Assembly (NCBI GenBank): GCA_040905285.1
Contig: JBBDRV010000010.1
Span: forward strand, 1-58,782
Reading direction: 5' to 3'
From: Balneolaceae bacterium
GTDB lineage: Bacteria; Bacteroidota; Rhodothermia; Balneolales; Balneolaceae
Length of the DNA stretch: 58,782 bases
The position numbers were made by a program, and so were the translations under genes. A model generated the notes under the pieces. It worked only from the letters and a program-made list of their open reading frames with translations. It was not told where the DNA came from and did no database searches. This document shows positions 46,767 to 57,120 of the stretch, piece by piece (the stretch's first letter is position 1; every line of letters starts with the position of its first letter).

Positions 46767-49700
46767 TCAAAAATCAATATTGATTGAAATATAGTGAATC
46801 GGCCTGCTCCTGAAACCGTCGCGGTCATAAGCCCATCCGGCATCGTATCTGAAAGGGAGGCCGAGAAAGATCGTCCGGAGTCCGAAACCCGCACCGATCA
46901 GAATATCCCCGTCCAGATAGTACGCCACATCATCTCCTTCCTGTGGCCCGTTTTCCCGGGGAAGTCCGGTATCCGGATTGAGATAGACCTCTTCTCTCCG
47001 GGATACCCGGAATTCAAGTTCGGCCGGCTTTTGATGATAGACAATGGGTTCCCCGGTGGCACCGTCCACATACCGTGAATAGTTGATATTGAATCCCCAT
47101 GCCGAACCGGCATCCAAAAAGGCAATGCCTGTAATATTGTATAGCGGCAAAATGGGGATAGGTCCCGGCAGTACGGCAGCAAAAAGCGGAAACCTGAATT
47201 CAGCATTCAGGAGGGTGAACTTATCTCCGTAGAGCGTGTTGAATTCATGTCCCCTGAGAGGCGTGGCAGGTTGCGTGAAAAACGTGTCCGCAAGTCTTTC
47301 AAACGGTATCTCATTGTCCGACCAGCGCTGATTGATCCAGCCGAGCATTCCACCCATAAAGAATGTCTGGGAATCCGGTCCGTAGGAAGCCGCACCGCTG
47401 CCGCGCAGACCGATGGAATAACCCGATCCCAGATCCAGGTATCGCCTGTAGTCCCCGAGCACGGAGACAAACTGCGGGGAGTCCGGCAGGGCGGGGGGAC
47501 TTCCCGACAGGCGGATCGAATAACGGTTGCCGCCCCTCGGGGTGATAAATCCGGGAATTGTGTAATCTGCGGTATAAGTGACCTGTGGATAAAGAAAGGT
47601 GGATGTCTCGCTGACCAGGTCGCGTTCCCCCGACCCCCTTACCGAGCTGAAATCCCTCGAGATCCCGATCCAGGATGCACCGTAATCCAGCCTTTCAAAG
47701 CGGTTGAACGGATACTGAAATTCCAGCCCTGCGCCGTAGGTTCTGAACCGGAGCAGTTCTCCAAAAAAGGTCTGGTAATTTCTGGACTGATGAAAAATGT
47801 TGACCATATAGTTGGTCCTCTCCCGGAAAAATCCGTACTGCAGTACATAGTCACTGTCCCTGAGATCAAAAACGAGATTGGTGCCGAGGGAGATCCGGTG
47901 ATTTCCGAAAAGGTCGCTGAGGGAGATCATGGCGAATGCCGAGCCTCCGTAATAGGTGTCAACCTGACCGGCTGCGTAGGTGATGTCCGGTGAGAAGGAG
48001 AGGCGGTAACGCTTGGGCTGGTAACGCCCGTCCTCTGTCAGATTATTGCTGGGCTGGAACTGCCCGGGGTCATCCCTCAGGTCCAGGGTCGTATCCCTTA
48101 CGACAGCATCCCCGAATACATAATTGCGGAAATCGATATCGTCGGTTTCCTCTTCAGTGTCATCGGTGTCAATGTCATCGGTGTCATCGGATTCCGGCTC
48201 ATCAGATGCGGCATCCATTGCATTTCCGATATCCGGCAGTTGAACAGCCAGTGGATCCCTGACCACCACGACATTGCCGCTTTCCCTGCGGTTAATCATC
48301 TGCATGGCATATCCTGTAGCGGGAACACGTTCAGTGACCGGTTCGGTTGCACGACGCTCAGCCCAGTAATTGGGGGCCGGCTCCGTATCCAGCCGGCTGT
48401 CAAAGGGGTTCCTCATCAGAAACAGGTCGAGATAACCTTCATTCAGGCCATTGAAGGCTAGCCGGCTTCCGTCATCGGAAATTGAAATCTGATTGATGCC
48501 TGTGCGTACATTTGTCAGCGGTATTCCCGTGCCGCTGTCGAAATTGTATTCGTAGATATTCGGTATTCCGTTCTGGTCTGAAATGTAGACCAGCCTGCCC
48601 TCGCGGGTAAGGTCCGGCTGGCTTTCAGTCCAGGACGTTTCCGTCAGCCTCTGTATTCTGTCGGAACCCAGCCGGATGGAATAAAGATCCGACTGGTAGG
48701 ACGACTCATGTTGCAGGATCGAATACCCTGCCAGATACTCTCCCGGACGCAGGCGGTCCCCCCGGTTCGACACAAAGTAGACTGTTTCGGAATCGGGCCC
48801 CCAGGCAGGCTCCCTGTTTGTGAAAACATCCCTGGTGAGATCAGTCAGCTCCTCCGTTTCCAGATCATAGACAAAGATGCTTTGATATCCGCCCCTGTTT
48901 CCGTCAAAGGCGATTTTGGTCCCGTCCGGCGACCATGCCACAGAGGCCATGGCGTCAATGTCCGGAAACCGGACGATCTGCAGCTCACCCGTTTCATACT
49001 CGACCATTCCCAGGTGGTAGGAACCTTCCGACTGGGTTGACAGGGCAATCCTCCTGCCGTCCGGCGACCAGGACAGGTTTGGGTTCAGGATATTCAGCGA
49101 CTCGAACATCGGGCTGTCTTCACCGCGCACGATGGTGCTGAGGTGTTCTCCGGTGGAGGTGCTTAATACGATGACGTCGAATACTCCCCGGCGGTTCGAA
49201 ATGAAAGCCACTCTGTCGCCCTGGGGTGAAATGGTCGGGCTGGTGTTGTACGTGCCGGTCCGCCTGCGTTCGGAAATCCTTCCGGCCGTCTGGTCCAGAG
49301 CCTGTCTTTCGGCCACTTCGGGTGAATAGCGGCGCTGCAGACTGTCGTTCCACCGTTCTCCAAGTTCTTCAATGGTGAGTCCGGTGGACCGGGTGAGGGC
49401 TGTCTCAACACTTCTGGTCTGCCGGAGGCGCTGTAGAATTTCGGTGATCTTGGACCGGCCGTATTCCTCTTCTATAAAATTCCAGAAGGACTGTCCGCCG
49501 CGATAGGCAAAAAAACCGCCCAGCTGGGGTAACGGCGGCAGGTAGTCGTTGATGATGGCATCCCGGATATACATGTCGGACTGGGTATCCCATCCGAGGG
49601 CCAGGTATTCGGCAAGCCCTTCTTCAAACCACAGCGGGATCTGCAGTTGAATGTTGTTGCGCATAATTGACTGAATTCCGCCGCCGTAGTACATGTCGTT

Positions 49701-50156
49701 GACAAAAGCGTGCATAAGCTCATGCTGCAGGGTCCGCCTGAAATCGGCATAATCACCCATAAAAGGCTGTGTCATCCGGTTCTGGAACTTGTCTGTCACA
49801 CCCCCGATGCCCTGGGCGTCGACAGGAAGATCCACTACATTGGTCTGCGAAAAGTCACTGTGGGAGTCATATATAATGACGGGGATACGGTCGGTAAGCG
49901 TATGGCCGAAATCTTCCATAAGCTGCTTGAGACCGGATTCAACAGACTCAGCAGTGAACTGGGCCAGGTGATAATTTTTTTCATTGTAATAGTATATATC
50001 AAAATGTTCAGTTTCGATATAACGCCAGTCGAAATCTTCATACTGTACCCTGTTTTTTCCAAATACAAAGAATTGGGAAACGGCCTGCTCGGCGAAAGCC
50101 AGCCCCGAAACAATGAACAACAGAGTAAGAACGGATATCTTTTGTACGATCCTCAT
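46767..50156 (-). CDS. Outer-membrane fusion protein: signal peptide + HExxH peptidase_MA-like module + TolB-like PD40 beta-propeller repeats + Omp85/D15 beta-barrel
   Basis: HELMH (residues 145-149) with downstream WFEEGLAEY. Repeated xSPDGxxIAF/Y motifs (SPQGDRVAFISNR, WSPDGRRIALS, WSPDGTKIAFD, WGPDSETVYFVSNR). Acidic linker DEPESDDTDDIDTDDTEEETDD. C-terminus LRGHEFNTLYGDKFTLLNAEFRFPL...GLRTIFLGLPFRYDAGWAY...NIDF. Confidence 0.75.
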   Translation of the reverse strand: MRIVQKISVLTLLFIVSGLAFAEQAVSQFFVFGKNRVQYEDFDWRYIETEHFDIYYYNEKNYHLAQFTAESVESGLKQLMEDFGHTLTDRIPVIIYDSHSDFSQTNVVDLPVDAQGIGGVTDKFQNRMTQPFMGDYADFRRTLQHELMHAFVNDMYYGGGIQSIMRNNIQLQIPLWFEEGLAEYLALGWDTQSDMYIRDAIINDYLPPLPQLGGFFAYRGGQSFWNFIEEEYGRSKITEILQRLRQTRSVETALTRSTGLTIEELGERWNDSLQRRYSPEVAERQALDQTAGRISERRRTGTYNTSPTISPQGDRVAFISNRRGVFDVIVLSTSTGEHLSTIVRGEDSPMFESLNILNPNLSWSPDGRRIALSTQSEGSYHLGMVEYETGELQIVRFPDIDAMASVAWSPDGTKIAFDGNRGGYQSIFVYDLETEELTDLTRDVFTNREPAWGPDSETVYFVSNRGDRLRPGEYLAGYSILQHESSYQSDLYSIRLGSDRIQRLTETSWTESQPDLTREGRLVYISDQNGIPNIYEYNFDSGTGIPLTNVRTGINQISISDDGSRLAFNGLNEGYLDLFLMRNPFDSRLDTEPAPNYWAERRATEPVTERVPATGYAMQMINRRESGNVVVVRDPLAVQLPDIGNAMDAASDEPESDDTDDIDTDDTEEETDDIDFRNYVFGDAVVRDTTLDLRDDPGQFQPSNNLTEDGRYQPKRYRLSFSPDITYAAGQVDTYYGGSAFAMISLSDLFGNHRISLGTNLVFDLRDSDYVLQYGFFRERTNYMVNIFHQSRNYQTFFGELLRFRTYGAGLEFQYPFNRFERLDYGASWIGISRDFSSVRGSGERDLVSETSTFLYPQVTYTADYTIPGFITPRGGNRYSIRLSGSPPALPDSPQFVSVLGDYRRYLDLGSGYSIGLRGSGAASYGPDSQTFFMGGMLGWINQRWSDNEIPFERLADTFFTQPATPLRGHEFNTLYGDKFTLLNAEFRFPLFAAVLPGPIPILPLYNITGIAFLDAGSAWGFNINYSRYVDGATGEPIVYHQKPAELEFRVSRREEVYLNPDTGLPRENGPQEGDDVAYYLDGDILIGAGFGLRTIFLGLPFRYDAGWAYDRDGFRSRPIHYISINIDF

Positions 50157-50171
50157 ACCTTCAAGCCATAG

Positions 50172-52325
50172 TTAGTCTTTTGAAATTAACAGGTCAATAT
50201 GCCTTCGTTCCATATCTGTCTTTACCACCTTTACATCGATTTCATCCCCGAGTCTGTACTGTTTGCCTTTGGAACGGCCAAGCAGGCAGTGGCGCTGAGA
50301 ATTATAAATATAGTAATCATCTTTAAGATCGCTAACATGAATCATTCCTTCACAGTAGACCTCTTTCAGGCTGACATATAACCCGTTCTCGGTGACGCCG
50401 CTTATGACGCCTTTAAAAACTTCACCCAGCCGTCCGGAAAGAAATTCAACCTGTTTCAGTTTGACGGAATCCCGTTCAGCTGCAACTGCATAACGTTCTT
50501 TTTCACTGCACTGTTCGCCAATTTCCTCCAATTCTGTAAAAGTATATTCCTGCCCTCCCGAACCATACCTCTTCAGAAGGCGGTGAATGATTACATCCGG
50601 GTAACGGCGTATGGGACTTGTAAAATGTGAATAATGTGAAAATCCGAGTCCGAAATGGCCGACATTTTCAGGGCTGTAAACCGCTTTGGACATTGCACGG
50701 AGTGTCAGGTCATTGATAATCGACTCCATATTTGTTCCCTCCACCTTCTTCAGCAGCGCATTGATGTCTTTTGGCCTTATCTGTTTCTTGACATCGAACT
50801 CAATCCCGAGCGGCTTCACGTTTTCCCGGATATTGAAAAGTTTTTCCAGGTCGGGCTGGTCGTGGATGCGGTACAGGAATGGATGATTATTGCTGTTCTT
50901 CCCCTTGTCCGAATGGCTTCGCAAATTGTCGATGTGATAGGCCACTGTCTTATTGGCCATCAGCATGCACTCTTCTATCAGCCTGTGTGCAAACAGCCGT
51001 TTTTTGATGATGACATCAACGGGTTTTCCGTCCTGGTCCAGTACAAATTTTGGCTCGGGGGTTTCAAAATTGATCGACCCTGCATTAAACCTGTTGTCCA
51101 TCAGCGTCTTGGCAAGTTTTTCAGCGGATTTCAGCAACCTTTTTAAAGGATGGTTTTTACCGTCCAGGATTTCCTGAACCTCATCATAGACGAAACGCTG
51201 CCTGGAGTGGATAACCACTTCCTCGATCGAATAGTCGACCAGCTTCCCGGCAGGGGTTATTTCCATGAAGCAGCTGTAGGTAAGCTTGTCTTCGTCCGGC
51301 CGCAGGCTGCAGACATGGTTGCTTAGCTTTTCGGGAAGCATGGGGATAACCCTGTCTACCAGATATACACTTGTGCCGCGGGCAAGAGCCTCTTCATCCA
51401 GGGCGGACCCCCTCGGCATGTAGTGAGTGACATCCGCGATATGCACACCCAGGTAATAATTTCCGTTATCCAGGATTTTAATGCTCAGGGCATCGTCAAA
51501 ATCCTTGGCATCCGCAGGATCAATGGTAAATATTATTTCTTCACGCATGTCTTTGCGCCGGGTAATTTCTTCCTCCGGAATCCGATCATCGATAGAGGCG
51601 GCAAAATGTTCGACCTCTTCAGGGAATTTCAGATCGAACTGATGTTCCGCCAGTATGGAGAGGATATTCGCTTCATTCGATCCCGGTTCCCCCAGCACTT
51701 CAACAATCTGGGCCCGGGGCAGGCCCCGGACATCCTCCCACTGAATTAACCTGAACGTAACTTTATCCCCGGGCTCTGCATCTTTGATATCCGACCGCTC
51801 CACAAAAAAATCGGTGCGGGACGACTGCTCGTCCGCCCTGATCAGCCAGGTGTCGTCAGCGGGAGAATCGAGTGTCCCGACAAAAAGCATTTTCCCCCTC
51901 TTGACGACCTCTTCGACCCTGCCGACAGGTTTATTGCTCTTCTTGTGATAATGAGTCACTTTGGCTTTTACAGTATCGCCATCCAGCGCTGTCCCCAGGT
52001 ACCTGGAGGGAATCTTGATATCCTGGTCCCTTCCTTCGGTAACCACGTATCCGTCGCCGTACTTGTTGACATCCAACACCCCCTCGTACAGGTTTTCATC
52101 CTCCGCATAGACCTCGTTGATGCTGACAAGATTCCCCTTGGTCATCCGTATCTGATCTTTATTGCGCAGACTGTGCAGTGTCCTTTTTAGCTTTTTGTCG
52201 GCATTTTTACCTTTGATTCCAAGCGCTTCCCGCAATACCGGTGCCGGTATGGATGCGTCAGGATAGGATTTTAAAATTTTAATGATCTCTTCTTCCAGTG
52301 AAGTCAGTCTCTGTTTTTTAGCCAT
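50172..52325 (-). CDS. rnr: Ribonuclease R
   Basis: 717 aa. N-terminal wHTH/CSD region, RNB domain (IFTIDPADAKDFDDALS, SPIRRYPD), C-terminal S1 domain. Confidence 0.92.
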   Translation of the reverse strand: MAKKQRLTSLEEEIIKILKSYPDASIPAPVLREALGIKGKNADKKLKRTLHSLRNKDQIRMTKGNLVSINEVYAEDENLYEGVLDVNKYGDGYVVTEGRDQDIKIPSRYLGTALDGDTVKAKVTHYHKKSNKPVGRVEEVVKRGKMLFVGTLDSPADDTWLIRADEQSSRTDFFVERSDIKDAEPGDKVTFRLIQWEDVRGLPRAQIVEVLGEPGSNEANILSILAEHQFDLKFPEEVEHFAASIDDRIPEEEITRRKDMREEIIFTIDPADAKDFDDALSIKILDNGNYYLGVHIADVTHYMPRGSALDEEALARGTSVYLVDRVIPMLPEKLSNHVCSLRPDEDKLTYSCFMEITPAGKLVDYSIEEVVIHSRQRFVYDEVQEILDGKNHPLKRLLKSAEKLAKTLMDNRFNAGSINFETPEPKFVLDQDGKPVDVIIKKRLFAHRLIEECMLMANKTVAYHIDNLRSHSDKGKNSNNHPFLYRIHDQPDLEKLFNIRENVKPLGIEFDVKKQIRPKDINALLKKVEGTNMESIINDLTLRAMSKAVYSPENVGHFGLGFSHYSHFTSPIRRYPDVIIHRLLKRYGSGGQEYTFTELEEIGEQCSEKERYAVAAERDSVKLKQVEFLSGRLGEVFKGVISGVTENGLYVSLKEVYCEGMIHVSDLKDDYYIYNSQRHCLLGRSKGKQYRLGDEIDVKVVKTDMERRHIDLLISKD

Positions 52326-52345
52326 ATCTTTTTTTGTGTCAATGT

Positions 52346-55300
52346 TCAGTCGGATAAAGCGGAACCGGAACCGGCCTCGGCCTCATCCCTGTTATTGTTG
52401 TCGTCATCTTTACGTCCAAACAACCAGTTAAACGCATTAGTGAATCGTTGACGGAACTCCCGCCATGTATTGAACTGCATTTGGGCCTCCAGTCCGACCC
52501 CGTTCATTTCCTGAACCTGCCGCGATTCCGCCGTGCTGGAATTTGCCAGCGTCGGATCCTGTCTGTGGAATGCAGTGACGGCAAATGTCTGATTGATCCT
52601 GTAGGTGGCCCCCAGATCTCCGATATCACTGTAGGGGCCGGTGATTTGCCCGTCCCTTCGCAGGATCAGCCTGTCATCATAAAGTCTGAAAGCGACACCC
52701 AGATCCACCTGGTTATAGGTGGTCAGGTTGAAGTCGATGTCCAGTGCCATGTCACTTCTCAGAAGGGAGTTTATCTGGTCGGACAGAAGCGGGTTTATCA
52801 CCTGGCTGGTGATCAGGGGATTGACAACGGCTCCCCCGGAAAGGGATTCTCTCAGCGCGAGCCCCGTACCTCCTTCGGTGGATGCGGAAGCCAGGGGAAT
52901 AAAATTGCCCGACAGCAGAATGCTGGTAGCCTGGATTATTTTTTCATCTTCATTGCGGTTCAGTGCGTTAACCTGTGTCAGCAAAGTGGGACCAAGTGTC
53001 CCTTCTATGCTTGACGGTATCTGGAAATAAAAATCGTTTTCCAGTTCGCTGAGGGTCCCTCCGATATTCAGGATCAGGTCGATGGGGAAGCGCTGCGCTC
53101 CTTCCAGCCTGTCCGGCACACCGGACGTAAGAAGGGAACTCATATCCGGCCGGGCGCGATAGTTGGCATTTACATTCAACCTCGCATTGGCCGGATTCCC
53201 CTCCCAGATAATGGACCCTCCCTCCATCAGCTGAAATCGACGGGAGATAATATCGCCGGCAACGAACTGATAGTCCCCGCCGGAAATATTCATTCTTCCG
53301 AACAGGCTGAAATTCTGGTCTTCAAGGTTTAACCTGATCTGTCCTGTTCCGTTGGCCGTCAACACCTCGTTTGTTACACGGTCAAAGATCAGCTGGAAAT
53401 TAACGGGGTCCTCTGCAATGAACTGAAGGTCCAGTGTAAATCGCTCGGCAAACGTCAGGGCTGCCTGATCATACTGAAAGGTGGATTCCTGACTGTCCCC
53501 GCTGTTCTGTTCCCTTTCCCGCAGGTACGACCCGTCGAACGAGTCGACAAACTGTATGAAATTCTGATTCTGCTGCAGCTCCGTATCATCGAGGACGGGT
53601 ACCGAAATCCTTGACCCGGGAGATATGACAACGGGCCTGGTTGTCCGCAGAAACGGGTTAAAATTTGAGCCGGTGACGCGTGCCTGTCCCGTGCCCCTCA
53701 CCTCGGCATAATAGGGCACATCCGGATCATACGGATTATTCATGAAATGAAAATTGTTCATGTCCAGAGTCAGGTCGAGATAGTTGGTGTCAGAAAAATT
53801 GTCCAGGTCGACGGAACCCGATAGAATCCCGGTGCCGTTCCGGCTGTCCTGAAGGTCCAGACTGTCAAAGATCAGCCCGTTGTGACGGTTGAAGATCAGT
53901 TTTCCATTGACCGTATAGGTGGTGTTCAGAAATGAGGGGACAGCCACTACGTCATCGATGTCAAATACGGCATTAAAGTCGTAATCGGTCAGCGACCCTC
54001 TGATATAGCCGCTGCCGGAGGAGCTTCCTTCCGCTTCATTCAGTATCCCGGGAACGATAACGGTGGCAATCCACATGTCAATCTCCCTGAAATCTGCATC
54101 AAAATGATAGAAATCCCGGTCGGGAGAATTAAAATCCGGAGCGGAAAAATAACCGTTGAGGACCAGGTTCTGTCCCGTGCTGTCATTTTCCGAATAGTAG
54201 CCGGGATATTTGTCCGGGTCGGTAATCACGGAAATGCTCGTATCGAACCGGTTGCGCGCACTGGAAAATGTACTGCTCAGAGAGAGATCACCCACCAGCC
54301 GGTCATTCAGCATCGCACGTACGACAGACAGATCCCCCTCGAATACGGGTGACCTGTTCAGGGTCCGGGTGATGAAATCCCCGTTTACTGTTCCTGCAAA
54401 TGAAACACGTCCCCCGATCAGGTCGGAAATCCTCTGCAGCTGCAGATTCCGTATTTTATACTCTACGGCATCTACCGGACTGCCGCTGAACGTTCCGCTG
54501 ATTTCCACCTGCTCATCATTGCTGGTCAGGCTTACGTTGTCCAGCCTGAGGCTTCGGTCACTGAAATATCTTAATTCCGGCTGTTCTTCGGCAGTCCATT
54601 CGTATACCCCGTCGCCCAGATGGAAATCCCGGATTTGCATATGGATATTACCGGGATTCAGCCTGGAGAGCAGAGTCAGGTCCAGCTGCACCCCGTTTCC
54701 GTTACCCGCGGAGGAATGAGTCACCATAAGACTGTCACTTCTCCAGGAGGCATTCAGATACCCTTCACTGAAATCTATATCCCGGTAGCTGTAATTCGCG
54801 GCATCGATCTGTAAATCCATCGTCCCGTGGTTTCTCAATTTTTCAGCATAGCGGAAGCTGGCTGTAAGATTGGCACTTAACCTGCCGGAACTGAATTGAC
54901 CATAGTGCAAATCTGAATCATTTACAGAGCCGGTCACGAGAATGCGGTCCGGACCTGCATTCAGGTTCATGCTGACGCGGGACTGGCTCCCGAATGGCGT
55001 TTCGGCGGCCAGATAGTTCCGGACCAGTGCCAGATCCTTTAACTCCATCGTCAGGGAAAGGTCAGCCGGCAGAATGTCGTTTTCCGTACGTCCCTCTGTA
55101 CCGGACGCAAACGTGGAATCCATAACAATTTCTTCAGCGACCTGCCGTGTAATGTATTCTTTCCAGTGCCTGTAGAGGCGTACCAGATTGCGGGGATAGA
55201 TGTCTCCGGAAAGTTCAGCATCCAGAAAGCTGCTGGTCAGCCTCAGAATTCTTTCACCGCCCGGCTCTGCAGGGGCGTTCAGATCGGCATACAGCTGGTG

Positions 55301-57061
55301 AGGCCGCAATGTATCGGGCCCTGCGACCGATTCCCCCACTTCAAAATTGACACGTCCGTACAGATCGTCCGGATTGGTCCATTCCAGGTCGGTATCGTAC
55401 TTCATATTTATTGATGTTTCCGGTAGATCGTCCCTCTGCAGAAGATGGGTGACATTGATCTCCTGCAGCCGGCCCCTGACTGACAGGGCCCATTCGTTGT
55501 CCCGGTTCCGGATCCAGCCGGAATGCCCGAATTCAGAACCGGCGTCTTCCACCCGCACGGTATGCTGCAGGGTTCCATCCTGCAGGCTTCCCGTCAGGGA
55601 AGCCCTGTTGAAGGCGATCCGGTTCACATAACCCGACTCCAGTTCCGCCTGGAGGGTTCCCTGCAGTTCGCTGATGGAATTGCCGCTGCCGGAGAGATCG
55701 ATGCTCCCGTCCAGAAGCGACCGCTGAAGATGACGGGCAAATATCGGAGAGAGGTCCAGGGAGTCGAGTTTCAGGTGGGCGTCCATCTTCAGCTCCGGTC
55801 CGAACGCCAGAGCAGCATCGAAGGTCAGGCGTCCCCGCCGGGTATCCAGGGACAGATCCGTCTCAATCCGGGTTCTGTCCCCATCCAGCCGGCCGTCCAC
55901 CCGTATCCCGGAGAGATAGCCGAGTGCATCTTCGCTGAAATCGTACGGCAGGTATCTGTCGGAGAGCTGCGACAGTTCCGGAGGCTGAAAAACAGCATTG
56001 CCTATGGATGTCTGATATCTGAAGCGGGGGGTGCCGATGTTTTCGAGAAGCCCGGTGAGTTGAATGGAACTATCGTCTGCACGGGCGGTAAGTCTGTCTA
56101 TGTACAGGGATTCCAATGTCCCCGCGGCAATCAGCTCGATATCAAGTGTGGTATCACCGAAAGGATAATCCGGCAGGAAGGCTGATATGCTTTTGCCGTG
56201 AAGACGGGAATTTTTAATATCGAGACGGAATGTTGCATCCGCCAGATCACCGGCCGGGTCGTCACCGAACAGGTATACAGGTGTTGCCTCGCCGGTAAAT
56301 TCGATTTGTGAGTCGGCAGAACGGATCCGGAAACCGTTGAACTCAAGATATTCGCGGTCACTGAAAATCTGCCCTCTTGCATGGAAATCTTTGAATGTAC
56401 CGTGTCCGATATCAGCTGACAAATGGTCGATATCCAGAAATTTCTGGCCCGAAGCCAGTTCGAGGTAAAAATCAGCATCTATATTTTTCAGGGTAAAGGA
56501 AGACGGCAAACCCGGCAGTTCCATGTTGTCCGGCAGGTTTTCAGCTGTCATTTCACCGTTATGAACAAGGATATTCGGAGCATAGATTCGAAAACGGTTG
56601 AAACCGGTCCTTTCGGGAGGCGGGTCTTCCGGTCTGTCTTTTTTTCTGAACGCACGCCCCAGGGTCAGCTCGTCATTTTTATCCCGTGCTAAATGGACCA
56701 GCGGCTGATCCAGTTCAAGTGAGCGGACTGTTATATTTTGCCGGATCAGATCCCACAGGCTGATTTCTATTGTGGCTGTGTCAACGGAGATGACGGGATT
56801 TTCCGTGTTACCGGGCGGATAGATGCCGATTCCGTACAGGTTTGCACTGAATGGCAGCATTCCCCCGATCCCGTCCATTTTTAATGTGCCTTCATAGCGG
56901 TCATTGAAAAGAGCGGTCAGCTGTGACGAGATGGCATTTTTACTCTGGGGAAGCTGGAGAAGGCCGAGCAGAATAATTGCTCCCGCCGTTAAGGACACAA
57001 TCAGAATGACAAAGGCGGAAATTAGAAATTTCCAGGTTTTATGTAACCAGTTTAGGAACAA
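52346..57061 (-). CDS. tamB: TamB-like translocation and assembly module protein (AsmA-like, DUF490 C-terminus)
   Basis: 1571 aa. Single N-terminal TM anchor (FLISAFVILIVSLTAGAIILLGLL), long beta-rich repetitive body, C-terminal DUF490-like region. TTG start in the track. Confidence 0.75.
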   Translation of the reverse strand: MFLNWLHKTWKFLISAFVILIVSLTAGAIILLGLLQLPQSKNAISSQLTALFNDRYEGTLKMDGIGGMLPFSANLYGIGIYPPGNTENPVISVDTATIEISLWDLIRQNITVRSLELDQPLVHLARDKNDELTLGRAFRKKDRPEDPPPERTGFNRFRIYAPNILVHNGEMTAENLPDNMELPGLPSSFTLKNIDADFYLELASGQKFLDIDHLSADIGHGTFKDFHARGQIFSDREYLEFNGFRIRSADSQIEFTGEATPVYLFGDDPAGDLADATFRLDIKNSRLHGKSISAFLPDYPFGDTTLDIELIAAGTLESLYIDRLTARADDSSIQLTGLLENIGTPRFRYQTSIGNAVFQPPELSQLSDRYLPYDFSEDALGYLSGIRVDGRLDGDRTRIETDLSLDTRRGRLTFDAALAFGPELKMDAHLKLDSLDLSPIFARHLQRSLLDGSIDLSGSGNSISELQGTLQAELESGYVNRIAFNRASLTGSLQDGTLQHTVRVEDAGSEFGHSGWIRNRDNEWALSVRGRLQEINVTHLLQRDDLPETSINMKYDTDLEWTNPDDLYGRVNFEVGESVAGPDTLRPHQLYADLNAPAEPGGERILRLTSSFLDAELSGDIYPRNLVRLYRHWKEYITRQVAEEIVMDSTFASGTEGRTENDILPADLSLTMELKDLALVRNYLAAETPFGSQSRVSMNLNAGPDRILVTGSVNDSDLHYGQFSSGRLSANLTASFRYAEKLRNHGTMDLQIDAANYSYRDIDFSEGYLNASWRSDSLMVTHSSAGNGNGVQLDLTLLSRLNPGNIHMQIRDFHLGDGVYEWTAEEQPELRYFSDRSLRLDNVSLTSNDEQVEISGTFSGSPVDAVEYKIRNLQLQRISDLIGGRVSFAGTVNGDFITRTLNRSPVFEGDLSVVRAMLNDRLVGDLSLSSTFSSARNRFDTSISVITDPDKYPGYYSENDSTGQNLVLNGYFSAPDFNSPDRDFYHFDADFREIDMWIATVIVPGILNEAEGSSSGSGYIRGSLTDYDFNAVFDIDDVVAVPSFLNTTYTVNGKLIFNRHNGLIFDSLDLQDSRNGTGILSGSVDLDNFSDTNYLDLTLDMNNFHFMNNPYDPDVPYYAEVRGTGQARVTGSNFNPFLRTTRPVVISPGSRISVPVLDDTELQQNQNFIQFVDSFDGSYLREREQNSGDSQESTFQYDQAALTFAERFTLDLQFIAEDPVNFQLIFDRVTNEVLTANGTGQIRLNLEDQNFSLFGRMNISGGDYQFVAGDIISRRFQLMEGGSIIWEGNPANARLNVNANYRARPDMSSLLTSGVPDRLEGAQRFPIDLILNIGGTLSELENDFYFQIPSSIEGTLGPTLLTQVNALNRNEDEKIIQATSILLSGNFIPLASASTEGGTGLALRESLSGGAVVNPLITSQVINPLLSDQINSLLRSDMALDIDFNLTTYNQVDLGVAFRLYDDRLILRRDGQITGPYSDIGDLGATYRINQTFAVTAFHRQDPTLANSSTAESRQVQEMNGVGLEAQMQFNTWREFRQRFTNAFNWLFGRKDDDNNNRDEAEAGSGSALSD

Positions 57062-57120
57062 ATGATTTGGATTGAACAGGAGTTATCAGTTTCTGCCGGC
57101 AGGAGTACCCATACAGGAGC

